Shown here one piece after another: positions 40,774 through 49,283 of a stretch of DNA of 64,000 nucleotides. Numbering within the stretch: position 1 is the first letter of the stretch; the number at the start of each line of letters is the position of its first letter. The notes beneath the pieces are model-generated. The model was not told the DNA's origin, did not search any database, and worked only from the letters and a program-made list of their open reading frames with translations. The position numbers and the translations under genes are program-made. Source of the stretch: Rikenellaceae bacterium (lineage in GTDB: Bacteria; Bacteroidota; Bacteroidia; Bacteroidales; UBA932); the NCBI GenBank assembly GCA_022766385.1, contig JALEPJ010000052.1, positions 3,472 to 67,471 on the forward strand, in the 5' to 3' direction.

Positions 40774-42288
40774 CTACTCGGTAGCAGCCTCTATCTTCTT
40801 CATCATAGCGAACATAAAGATTGCAGAAATGACGCAGAGTATTGCAAACACTGCCCAAACAAGCCAGAGCGGTAGTGAGCCCCAGAGATAACCGCCGATC
40901 TGAACCAGCAGGTTGCCAATAGCCGTAGCAACGAACCAACCGCCCATCATAAGTCCCTTGTACTTAGGAGGCGCCACCTTGGACACAAATGAAATGCCCA
41001 TAGGAGAAAGCAGGAGCTCACCGAAAGTCATAATCAGATATGTACTTATGAGCCAGTTAGGAGAAGCGAAGGTTCCAGCCTCGCCTGCAAGTTTCTGAGC
41101 GTCAGGAGTATTGAGACTGATTGAGCCCAAAACCATCACTCCGTAAGCTACAGCGGCCACCAGCATGCCATAGGCAATCTTCCTCGGCGCAGACGGCTCC
41201 TTGCCCTTCTCGGCAAGCCTTCCGAAAAAGGCAAGGCTCAAAGGAGTAAGCAGAATCACAAAGCAAGCATTGAAATGCTGGAAAATAGGAGCGCTCAACT
41301 CGATGGAATCCTCGAGACGGAAGTATTTCCACACAAGGACAGAAATCGCAGCAACAATCGCAGCAACGGAAATGCACTTCCCCTTGACTGTCTCGCTCGA
41401 CTTGACAAAGGTGAATGCAAAGACTATGACAATGACCATCACGAGATTGACCACGTCAAAGAGCATACTCTGTATGCCGGAACTGGTCTTCGCCGTAAAC
41501 TGGTCTGCGAAGAAGGTGAGAGTCAATCCATTCTGCTGGAAAGCCATCCAGAAGAAAATCACTACCGCGAACACAAAGAGCAATGCGACTATTCTGTTCT
41601 TTGTCTCCTCATGACTCAGTTCCTTGACCGGCTCCTCCTTCACACCAGCTGCAGCTTTTCCGCCCTCAACGTGTATGAAGGTCTTTCTGAAGGCATAATA
41701 TATAGCAATGGAAAGAATCAGCGACACGCAAGCAACCGCGAACGAGAAGTGATATGCATCATTTGAGGAGAAGCCGATAGACTCAGCCCATTTCTTAATC
41801 TCGACGGCGGCAGTTGGAGCGAAAAGAGCACCGATATTGATAGCCATATAGAAAAGGGAGAAACCTGAATCCCTCTTGCTCTCATAAGCCGGATCGTTGT
41901 ACAAATCGCCTACCATCACCTGAAGATTGCCCTTGAATAAACCCGTACCCAAGCTGATGAGGAGCAATGCAATCACCATCACGATAAGAGCGAAAAGGTC
42001 CCCTCCGAGAGGAATTGACATAATCAGATAACCGATAAACATCACCACAATACCAATGGTGACCATTTTTCCGTACCCGAACCTATCGGCAAAAGCGCCT
42101 CCAACGAGAGGGAACAGATAGACAAGAGCCAGGAAGACACTGTAAATCGTGCCAGCCTGTCCCTCAGTAAGTCCGAAGTTCGCGCTCAGGAAGAGCGAGA
42201 AGACAGCGATCATTGTATAATAGCCAAAGCGCTCACCTGTATTGGCAAGCGCTAAGGCAAAAAGACCTTTAGGTTGATTCTTGAACAT
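40774..42288 (-). CDS. POT/PTR2-family (peptide-type) MFS transporter, paralogue 1
   Basis: 504 aa; MFKNQPKGLFALALANTGERFGYYTM N-terminus (POT TM1 motif with Asn in place of the first Glu of ExxER); about 14 TM helices. Confidence 0.8.
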   Translation of the reverse strand: MFKNQPKGLFALALANTGERFGYYTMIAVFSLFLSANFGLTEGQAGTIYSVFLALVYLFPLVGGAFADRFGYGKMVTIGIVVMFIGYLIMSIPLGGDLFALIVMVIALLLISLGTGLFKGNLQVMVGDLYNDPAYESKRDSGFSLFYMAINIGALFAPTAAVEIKKWAESIGFSSNDAYHFSFAVACVSLILSIAIYYAFRKTFIHVEGGKAAAGVKEEPVKELSHEETKNRIVALLFVFAVVIFFWMAFQQNGLTLTFFADQFTAKTSSGIQSMLFDVVNLVMVIVIVFAFTFVKSSETVKGKCISVAAIVAAISVLVWKYFRLEDSIELSAPIFQHFNACFVILLTPLSLAFFGRLAEKGKEPSAPRKIAYGMLVAAVAYGVMVLGSISLNTPDAQKLAGEAGTFASPNWLISTYLIMTFGELLLSPMGISFVSKVAPPKYKGLMMGGWFVATAIGNLLVQIGGYLWGSLPLWLVWAVFAILCVISAIFMFAMMKKIEAATE

Positions 42289-42317
42289 ATGATAGTTTAA
42301 GCTTTGGCAATCGATAA

Positions 42318-43886
42318 TTACGCTTTTGTAATCTTCTCAAGCCACTTTACCATGCCCAGCATCACACTCATAGCGACAAGGCAGATTACAAGGAATACGG
42401 TCCAGCACTTCCAGATAGGCCAAGCATTATACATAATTGGTCCTACGAAGATGAAGAGGTTTCCAATCGCGGTGGCACCGAGCCAGAGGCCCTGGCAAAG
42501 GCCCTGCATATGTTTAGGAGCGACCTTCGAAACGAATGACAGTCCAAGTGGTGATATGAAAAGCTCAGCCACGGTAAGGAAGAAGTATGTAAGAATCAAC
42601 ACCCACCAACCTGCTTTCATACCCTCAGCGGCAGCAACAGGCATAAGACGGAAAGCCTCACCTGAAGGCCACCCGTTTACGAGTGAAACGAGGGTAAGGA
42701 AGAGGTAGGCAACTCCGGTGATACCCATACCGATGGCAATCTTGCGAGGGGTCGATACTTCTTTGCCCCTGCGGCTGAGAGCCGAGAAGATGGCCATAAT
42801 GATAGGAGTAAGGACAATCACGAAGAAAGGATTCACAGCCTGCCAGATTTCAGGAGCAATGGCATCGGTCTTCACGAAGTCACGCGCAAAGAGAGACAGC
42901 GACTGTCCGTTCTGGTGGAATGAAAGCCAGAAGAAAATACAGATTCCGAGCACAGCAAAGAGAGCTGCCATACGCTGTTTGATTTCTTTCGCCATAGCAA
43001 TCTTTTCCTCCTGAGTATAGCCCACGACTTCTGCAGAAGACTTCTTTGCAGGCTCTGGAAGACCTTTCTTGGTAAGAAGGAATATGGTGAGAGAAATAAT
43101 CATTGCAGCAACAGATGCAATGAACGAATAGTGCACACCCTCATTGAAAATCTGGAGATAGTTCTGGCAGAAGTCCATATTGACAACAGCGCTTCCGTTG
43201 AGGCTTACCTGCTGTGCGAGATTGTTCAGGTTCTCGAGCTGCTCAGCTGCAAGATTGCCACCATTGTCAATATACTGATGGCAGAGTGACGGCAATCCGG
43301 CATTGTACATAAGATCGTGCGACTTGAGCCACCAGCTGCGGAGGAGAGGGGCAACGAAAGGAGCGATGAGACCTCCGACATTGATGAAAACGTAGAAGAT
43401 CTGGAAGCCGGAGTCACGCTGACCCTTAGCCTTAGCGAGAGCCTCAGGGCCCTTCTTGGCAGCTTCAGCTTCGAAATTGTCATAAAGCTGTCCCACCATT
43501 GCCTGGAGATTGCCCTTGAAAAGACCGTTTCCGAAGGCGATGAGGAAGAGAGCCATGCAGGTGAAAGGCAGGAGCCACGAAGTGTTCATCGAAGTGGCTG
43601 TGATAGGAATCGCGAGACAGACATATCCCAAGGCCATAATGATGAGACCGGACTGGATGGTGCCCTTGTAATTCCTGGTGCGGTCGGCGATGATACCTCC
43701 GACAAGGCTCAACACGTAGATACCGCAATAGAAGAATGAATAGATGAGAGCACTTTTCTCATCGGGAATACCGAACTTGGAACAGAGGAAAAGCACCAGG
43801 ACGGCATTCATAATGTAATAACCGAAGCGCTCGCCCATATTGCTGAGCGCAGCTGCTAGGAGACCTTTAGGATGGTTCTTGAACAT
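42318..43886 (-). CDS. POT/PTR2-family (peptide-type) MFS transporter, paralogue 2
   Basis: 522 aa; MFKNHPKGLLAAALSNMGERFGYYIM; collinear with paralogue 1 but with a longer central loop. Confidence 0.8.
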   Translation of the reverse strand: MFKNHPKGLLAAALSNMGERFGYYIMNAVLVLFLCSKFGIPDEKSALIYSFFYCGIYVLSLVGGIIADRTRNYKGTIQSGLIIMALGYVCLAIPITATSMNTSWLLPFTCMALFLIAFGNGLFKGNLQAMVGQLYDNFEAEAAKKGPEALAKAKGQRDSGFQIFYVFINVGGLIAPFVAPLLRSWWLKSHDLMYNAGLPSLCHQYIDNGGNLAAEQLENLNNLAQQVSLNGSAVVNMDFCQNYLQIFNEGVHYSFIASVAAMIISLTIFLLTKKGLPEPAKKSSAEVVGYTQEEKIAMAKEIKQRMAALFAVLGICIFFWLSFHQNGQSLSLFARDFVKTDAIAPEIWQAVNPFFVIVLTPIIMAIFSALSRRGKEVSTPRKIAIGMGITGVAYLFLTLVSLVNGWPSGEAFRLMPVAAAEGMKAGWWVLILTYFFLTVAELFISPLGLSFVSKVAPKHMQGLCQGLWLGATAIGNLFIFVGPIMYNAWPIWKCWTVFLVICLVAMSVMLGMVKWLEKITKA

Positions 43887-43928
43887 AATAGCTATAGTTA
43901 TTTTGTTGATTTGATTTCAGTAAGCAAA

Positions 43929-43960
43929 CAAATGTAGGAAAGAAAAGACAATTTGTCAAA
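43929..43960 (-). promoter_or_regulatory. Full consensus Bacteroides promoter for the POT-POT-SusC-SusD operon
   Basis: The minus strand reads TTTG-(20 nt)-TACATTTG, i.e. -33 TTTG and -7 TAnnTTTG. The -7 box ends 43 nt upstream of the ATG at 43886. Confidence 0.5.
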
Positions 43961-43989
43961 TTGAAATAAAAATTCATTAACTTTGGATA

Positions 43990-44901
43990 ATGAAAAAGTA
44001 TTCCGTAAAACTTGTCGTGGCCCTGATGCGCCTGCTTTCCAAGCTTCCGCTACGCTTCCACTACGCCGTGTCCGATATATTCAGCTGGATTGCCCTCCAC
44101 ATCTTCGGATACAGGGAGGACGTTGTCACAGTGAACATTGCCAGGTCCTTTCCAGACAAGAAATACTCGGAATTGAAAGAGCTTAAAAAACAGTTTTACC
44201 GCCATTTGGGTGAAATCTTCGCGGAAACTGTTAAATTCTCCGGCTGTACCGACTACCAAAAGCTAAGGAAGGCTGACCTGTGCGAAACCGTCTTCACTCC
44301 TGAATTGGCCCAAGCATATGATAAAGGCAATGGAATGATAATACTCACCTCCCACTGCGGAAATTGGGAGCTGCTCGGAGGCTGGTTCGGCTACCTCCCT
44401 GAAGGATTCACCCCCGCTATACGAGAGGACAAAGTGAGGGTCGTATATAAGAAACTGAGCAATTCCTTCTGGAACGAAGTCTTCGCCATAAACAGATGCG
44501 CTCCCCTTCTCAGCAAAGGCTTTGACGGATACATTGACTCTACAAGAATACTCAGACACGCTCTGCAGCACAAGAACGACAAACTGGTCTATGTCTTCCC
44601 AACCGACCAGTTCCCGTATAAGGAAGCCACCAGGCACGAAATACCGGACTTCATGCATCAGAAGACCTACGCTATGACAGGAGGAGCCAGCCTGGCCCAT
44701 AAGCTTGGCATGAGCGTTGTATATCTCAGGTTCGAATCCGTCAGAAGAGGTCACTACAGGATGAGCTACGAAACCATATGTGACAACGCCTCTGAAATGG
44801 ACCCGGGCGAAATTATGGAAAAGTACTATGCCCTGCTCCAGAAGGACATAGAAGCCCAGCCTTGGAACTACCTCTGGTCGCACAAAAGATGGAAACAATA
44901 A
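43990..44901 (+). CDS. Lipid A biosynthesis (Kdo)2-lipid IVA acyltransferase-family protein (LpxL/HtrB-like)
   Basis: 303 aa; N-terminal membrane anchor and the SHCGNWELL H(x)4E acyltransferase motif. Confidence 0.8.
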   Translation: MKKYSVKLVVALMRLLSKLPLRFHYAVSDIFSWIALHIFGYREDVVTVNIARSFPDKKYSELKELKKQFYRHLGEIFAETVKFSGCTDYQKLRKADLCETVFTPELAQAYDKGNGMIILTSHCGNWELLGGWFGYLPEGFTPAIREDKVRVVYKKLSNSFWNEVFAINRCAPLLSKGFDGYIDSTRILRHALQHKNDKLVYVFPTDQFPYKEATRHEIPDFMHQKTYAMTGGASLAHKLGMSVVYLRFESVRRGHYRMSYETICDNASEMDPGEIMEKYYALLQKDIEAQPWNYLWSHKRWKQ

Positions 44902-44922
44902 ACTAATCATACAGATAATACT

Positions 44923-46410
44923 ATGAGCATCAAAGACTTAGAGCCAAAATCAGTTTGGACGAACTTTTACGGAATCACAAGAATTCCTCGTCCTTCAAAG
45001 CACGAGGAAAAAATCAGGGAATACCTTCTCGGCTGGGGCAGGGAGCGTGGCATAGAATCATTCACCGACAAAACCGGCAATGTAATTCTGCGCGTGCCTG
45101 CGACTCCAGGCTATGAAAACAGAAAGGGAGTCGTGCTTCAGGGACATATGGATATGGTTCCTCAGAAGAATGCCGACAAGGTTCACGACTTCGAGAAAGA
45201 CCCTATTGAGACCTGGATTGACGGAGAATGGGTAAAGGCCAAGGGCACCACACTCGGAGCCGACAACGGACTCGGAGTGGCAATGGCAATGGCAGCCATC
45301 GAAAGCCCTGAAGTGAAGCACGGTCCTATCGAGGTTCTCGTCACTTACGATGAGGAAACCGGAATGACAGGAGCACGCGCCCTCGAGCCGGGCATACTCC
45401 AGGGAGAAATACTCATCAACCTCGACTCCGAGACTGAAGGAGAGCTTTACGTAGGCTGTGCCGGAGGTCTCGATGCCACCGCCAAAGCATCATACGAGAA
45501 AATGCCTGCACCGGAAAGCGGATATGCCTGCTACGAACTCGCTGTCAAAGGCTTCAAGGGCGGTCACTCCGGAATGGACATCATTCTCTGCAGGGGCAAT
45601 GCCAATAAAGTCGCAGCAAGAGTTCTCCTTCCTCTTCTCGAGGAAGCCGGAGTCAAGATTATAGACCTTGAAGGCGGAACCCTTAGAAACGCCATCCCTC
45701 GCGAGGCATTCGCCACACTCTATGTACCTGAGGACAGAATCGAAGAAGCCAAGGCAATAGTGGACAGAGTCGCTGCCGAAGTAAAGAACGAGCACGCTGC
45801 CACCGACCCTGATGCAGAATTCATCTTCAAGCCTTACGTTGAAAAAGAAGGCGAAGTTTGCGACCACGATGAGGATTGCAAGTATGTCGAGGATGCTGCT
45901 GCCCTCAGATTCATAAGAGCCATACTCGCCTGCCCTGACGGTGTAGACAGAATGAGCGACGCTATGCCGGGACTCGTTGAGACATCCAACAATATGGCTA
46001 TGGTCAAGATTGAGAAGGGCGAATTCACAGTCAAGTCCCTCCTCAGAAGCTCGGTTGACACAGGAAAGGCATACCTCGCCACCAAGCTCACTTCCGTATT
46101 CAAACTTGCAGGAGCAGAGGTGGAGCTCTCAGGTGGCTATTCAGGCTGGGCTCCGAACAGCGCATCCCCTATACTCCATACAATGAAGGCAGTTTACAAG
46201 GATATGTACGGCGTAGAGCCTAAGGTGATGGCCATACACGCAGGTCTTGAGTGCGGTATCCTCAGCGGAGCATACCCTGACTGGGATATGGTATCGATGG
46301 GACCTACCCTCATGAGCCCTCACTCTCCTGACGAAAGGGCCAACATACCTTCTGTTCAGAAGGCTTGGGACTTCCTCAAGGCTGTTCTTGAGAACATTCC
46401 TGAGAAATAG
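44923..46410 (+). CDS. pepD: Aminoacyl-histidine (Xaa-His) dipeptidase, M20C
   Basis: 495 aa; LEPKSVWTNFYGITRIPRPSKHEEKI, LQGHMDMV and GTTLGADNGLGVAMAMA motifs. Confidence 0.9.
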   Translation: MSIKDLEPKSVWTNFYGITRIPRPSKHEEKIREYLLGWGRERGIESFTDKTGNVILRVPATPGYENRKGVVLQGHMDMVPQKNADKVHDFEKDPIETWIDGEWVKAKGTTLGADNGLGVAMAMAAIESPEVKHGPIEVLVTYDEETGMTGARALEPGILQGEILINLDSETEGELYVGCAGGLDATAKASYEKMPAPESGYACYELAVKGFKGGHSGMDIILCRGNANKVAARVLLPLLEEAGVKIIDLEGGTLRNAIPREAFATLYVPEDRIEEAKAIVDRVAAEVKNEHAATDPDAEFIFKPYVEKEGEVCDHDEDCKYVEDAAALRFIRAILACPDGVDRMSDAMPGLVETSNNMAMVKIEKGEFTVKSLLRSSVDTGKAYLATKLTSVFKLAGAEVELSGGYSGWAPNSASPILHTMKAVYKDMYGVEPKVMAIHAGLECGILSGAYPDWDMVSMGPTLMSPHSPDERANIPSVQKAWDFLKAVLENIPEK

Positions 46411-46415
46411 TCTTT

Positions 46416-47135
46416 ATGGACGCCAGGACAAAGGAGAAAATGATATTGTGGGCCGAAAAATTCAACGACCCACAATATTTCATTGAAGACCCAATCTCAT
46501 TCCCGAAGAAATTCGAAGCCAGAATGAGGGAGGGGCGGGCCGTGCTTCAGGACGTGGAGATTGCCGCAGTCTTTGCTGCCCACTTTGCATGGGGCAGACG
46601 CTCTGTCATACTCAGGGACTGCGAAAGGCTCTTCGACGAGATGGGCTGGCAGCCATACGAATATGTCAACTCAGGCTGTTGGAGAGATGATGACAGCAGT
46701 GTACACCGCACCGTCAAGTGGAGTGATACTGCCAGAATCTGCAAACGCCTGAAAGAATGGTACAGCTGGCACGGCAGCCTGGAGTCACTCACCCAGGACG
46801 AAATGAGAACCACCATATTCAGACAGAAATCGGACCTTAAAGCCGCCAACAAAAAGATAAATATGATGAGGCGCTGGATGGTCAGGGACGACGGAAAGGT
46901 GGACCTCGGACTTTGGACGGACACGGACAAGAAGGAACTCATTATCCCCCTGGATGTCCACGTATATGAACAGGCAGTCGCCAACGGGCTGACCAAAAGA
47001 AAACAGAAGGATATAGTCACCGCGAGGGAAATCACGGACGCATTCAAGGAAATTTTCCCGGACGACCCTTGTCTGGGTGACTTCGCGCTCTTCGGATACG
47101 GAGTGACCAGGGGCAGCGAACAAACAGAGGAATAA
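46416..47135 (+). CDS. TIGR02757 / DUF2400-family protein
   Basis: 239 aa; the FIEDPISFPKKF...VEIAAVFAAHFAWGRRSVI pattern matches my recollection of this Bacteroidota-rich family. Confidence 0.6.
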   Translation: MDARTKEKMILWAEKFNDPQYFIEDPISFPKKFEARMREGRAVLQDVEIAAVFAAHFAWGRRSVILRDCERLFDEMGWQPYEYVNSGCWRDDDSSVHRTVKWSDTARICKRLKEWYSWHGSLESLTQDEMRTTIFRQKSDLKAANKKINMMRRWMVRDDGKVDLGLWTDTDKKELIIPLDVHVYEQAVANGLTKRKQKDIVTAREITDAFKEIFPDDPCLGDFALFGYGVTRGSEQTEE

Positions 47136-47157
47136 CTGAAAAAGCAGAAAGGGACTG

Positions 47158-47742
47158 ATGCCAAGACTGATTATCATATCCGGATGCAATGGGGCAGGAA
47201 AGACAACTGCCTCGTACTCAATGCTGCCGGAAATGCTCGATTGCTACCAGTTCGTGAATTCGGACGAATTCGCGAAAAGCCTCTCCCCTTTCAATCCTGA
47301 AGAAGCCACCTTCACTGCCGGCCGCCTTATGTTGCAGAAAATCGACTATCTGTTCAAGAGAAAGGCTGATTTCTGCATAGAAACCACGCTTGCCACCCGC
47401 TCCCTGCTGAAAATGATCAAGGAGGCAAAGGGCAACGGCTATACGGTGACTATCCTCTATATGTGGTTGGAATCCCCTGAGCTGGCCATTGCGAGGGTCG
47501 CGGCGAGAGTTGAAGCCGGAGGGCACAATATACCGGAACATATCATCAGAAGACGCTACAAAATGGGAGTGGAGTATTTCTTCAGGGAATACATCCCTGC
47601 CTGTGACAGGTGGATAGTAGCAGATAACTCCAGCCTTCCTTTCACTGTAGTGGCTGAAGGTACGACCACACACGTCCAAGTGAAGGACACGGAAAAATAC
47701 TGCCGCATTTGGCAGAGTGCACACGAAACAACAGAAAAATGA
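47158..47742 (+). CDS. Zeta-toxin-like P-loop kinase / AAA ATPase (COG4185-type)
   Basis: 194 aa; Walker A GCNGAGKTT at residues 9-17 and a small nucleotide-kinase-like fold pattern (ETTLATRS, VEAGGHNIPEHIIRRRY). Its stop TGA overlaps the tldD ATG (ATGA). Confidence 0.65.
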   Translation: MPRLIIISGCNGAGKTTASYSMLPEMLDCYQFVNSDEFAKSLSPFNPEEATFTAGRLMLQKIDYLFKRKADFCIETTLATRSLLKMIKEAKGNGYTVTILYMWLESPELAIARVAARVEAGGHNIPEHIIRRRYKMGVEYFFREYIPACDRWIVADNSSLPFTVVAEGTTTHVQVKDTEKYCRIWQSAHETTEK

Positions 47743-49283
47743 TTTTTAGCAAAGAGTATTATCTGGATACCTTCAAAGTAACAGAGGACGAAATGCGCAG
47801 ACTGGCCGCGGAAGGGCTCCGTAAAGGAGGCGACTTCTGCGACCTCTTTTTCGAGAACACCTCGTTCAGGAATCTTCTTTTGCGGGACGGGCAAGTCACC
47901 GGAGGAGGTTTTCATATTGACTACGGTGTAGGTATCAGAGTTTTGAAAGGAGAAAGGACAGGATACGCCTACTCCGAAAGCACCGACTACCCGTCAATGA
48001 AGCTGGCCGCCGAAGCGGCTGCGACAATTGCCCTGACAGGCAAGGATGGAGACAATGGAGCAGCCTTCGCGAACGGTGAACTGGTCGAAGGGCAGATTGC
48101 CAAACTCATCAGGGACGCAAAAGACAGGGCGGCAGCCTACACTCCATCGGAGAACAACGGATGCAGACCGGTCAGGCGCTTCTTTCAGGGCAAGCCGAAT
48201 CCCTCGGCCGACCGCTATCCCATGATTGAAGACTGGCGCGATGCCGACACTGCAAAATTGCTCCCCTGCCTCAACAGGCTCGACACCAGCATAAGGGCGA
48301 AGGACAGCAGGGTCGTCAAGGTTATTGCAATGATTACAGCATCGGTTACAGACGTGCTTATGTTTAATTCATTCGAAGAACTGAAATACGACACGCGTCC
48401 TATGGGCAGCATCGTAGCGACGGTGATTTTCAGCCAAAACGGGGCAATGGAGAACAAAAGCGTCTCCAGAAGCTTCCGCATGGGAGTGGAGATGATCACT
48501 GACGAGATCATAGAAGAGATTGCTGCACAAGCAGTTGAGGGTATTGACGAACGCTTTGATGCCAGAAAGCCGAAGGGAGGCCAAATGCCTGTAGTGATGG
48601 GAGCCGGAGCATCGGGAATACTCCTGCACGAAGCAATGGGACACGCCTTCGAGGCTGATTTCAACCGCAAGGGCCAATCAATCTTCTCCGACAAGATGGG
48701 CTGCCGCATCTGCCCATCCGGCATCAACATCATTGACGACGGCACGGTAAGCGGCAATCGCGGAGCTGTCAACTTCGATGATGAAGGAGTGCCCGGACAG
48801 AAGACCTATATGGTGGAGGACGGCATCCTGACCTCATATCTGCACGACCGCATCAGCGCCAAATGGTACGGGGTCACAGCCACAGGCAACGGCAGGCGCG
48901 AATCCTTCCGCTACAATCCCATCCCGCGTATGCGCGCTACATATATGGAGAGCGGCAATGCAGACAAGGAAAGCATCATAGCTTCAGTCAGCAAGGGCAT
49001 CTACGTGGACGAGTTCTCCAACGGACAGGTTAAAATCGGAGAAGGCGACTTCACCTTCTTCGTAAAGAGCGGTTTCCTCATCGAAAACGGCCGCCTGACC
49101 GCCCCGGTAAAGGATATCAATATCATTGGCAATGGTCCTCAGGCCCTGGCCGACATTGCCGCCGTCGCTAACGACCTGAAACTGGACAATGGGACCTGGA
49201 CCTGCGGCAAGGAGCAGAGCGTTCCCGTATGCTGCGGTATCCCGACCGTATTGATCAACAATTTGACAGTAGGAGGAGAATGA
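47739..49283 (+). CDS. tldD: Metalloprotease TldD
   Basis: 514 aa from the ATG at 47739; the HEAMGHAFEAD HExxxH motif and the conserved C-terminal GxC...P region. Confidence 0.9.
   Translation: MIFSKEYYLDTFKVTEDEMRRLAAEGLRKGGDFCDLFFENTSFRNLLLRDGQVTGGGFHIDYGVGIRVLKGERTGYAYSESTDYPSMKLAAEAAATIALTGKDGDNGAAFANGELVEGQIAKLIRDAKDRAAAYTPSENNGCRPVRRFFQGKPNPSADRYPMIEDWRDADTAKLLPCLNRLDTSIRAKDSRVVKVIAMITASVTDVLMFNSFEELKYDTRPMGSIVATVIFSQNGAMENKSVSRSFRMGVEMITDEIIEEIAAQAVEGIDERFDARKPKGGQMPVVMGAGASGILLHEAMGHAFEADFNRKGQSIFSDKMGCRICPSGINIIDDGTVSGNRGAVNFDDEGVPGQKTYMVEDGILTSYLHDRISAKWYGVTATGNGRRESFRYNPIPRMRATYMESGNADKESIIASVSKGIYVDEFSNGQVKIGEGDFTFFVKSGFLIENGRLTAPVKDINIIGNGPQALADIAAVANDLKLDNGTWTCGKEQSVPVCCGIPTVLINNLTVGGE

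Noticed and set aside
40768-40776. POT and SusC frames are in phase, separated only by TAG TGA; a readthrough fusion was considered
   Set aside because: The POT C-terminus matches that of its paralogue, so it is complete. An inner-membrane/outer-membrane fusion is biologically implausible. I reported this only as a start-codon and coupling oddity.
43952-43985. TTTG-22 nt-TAACTTTG promoter-like pair in front of the LpxL-like gene
   Set aside because: The -7 box ends only 4 nt before the ATG, which would imply a leaderless or internal start, and the spacer is longer than the consensus. Too uncertain to list.
44263-44910. 215-aa minus-strand ORF across the LpxL-like gene. Similar antisense frames occur at 46547-47164, 55327-55950, 56560-57201 and 61629-62186.
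   Set aside because: All are antisense to genes with strong motif support. This is a common artefact in roughly 50%-GC coding DNA.
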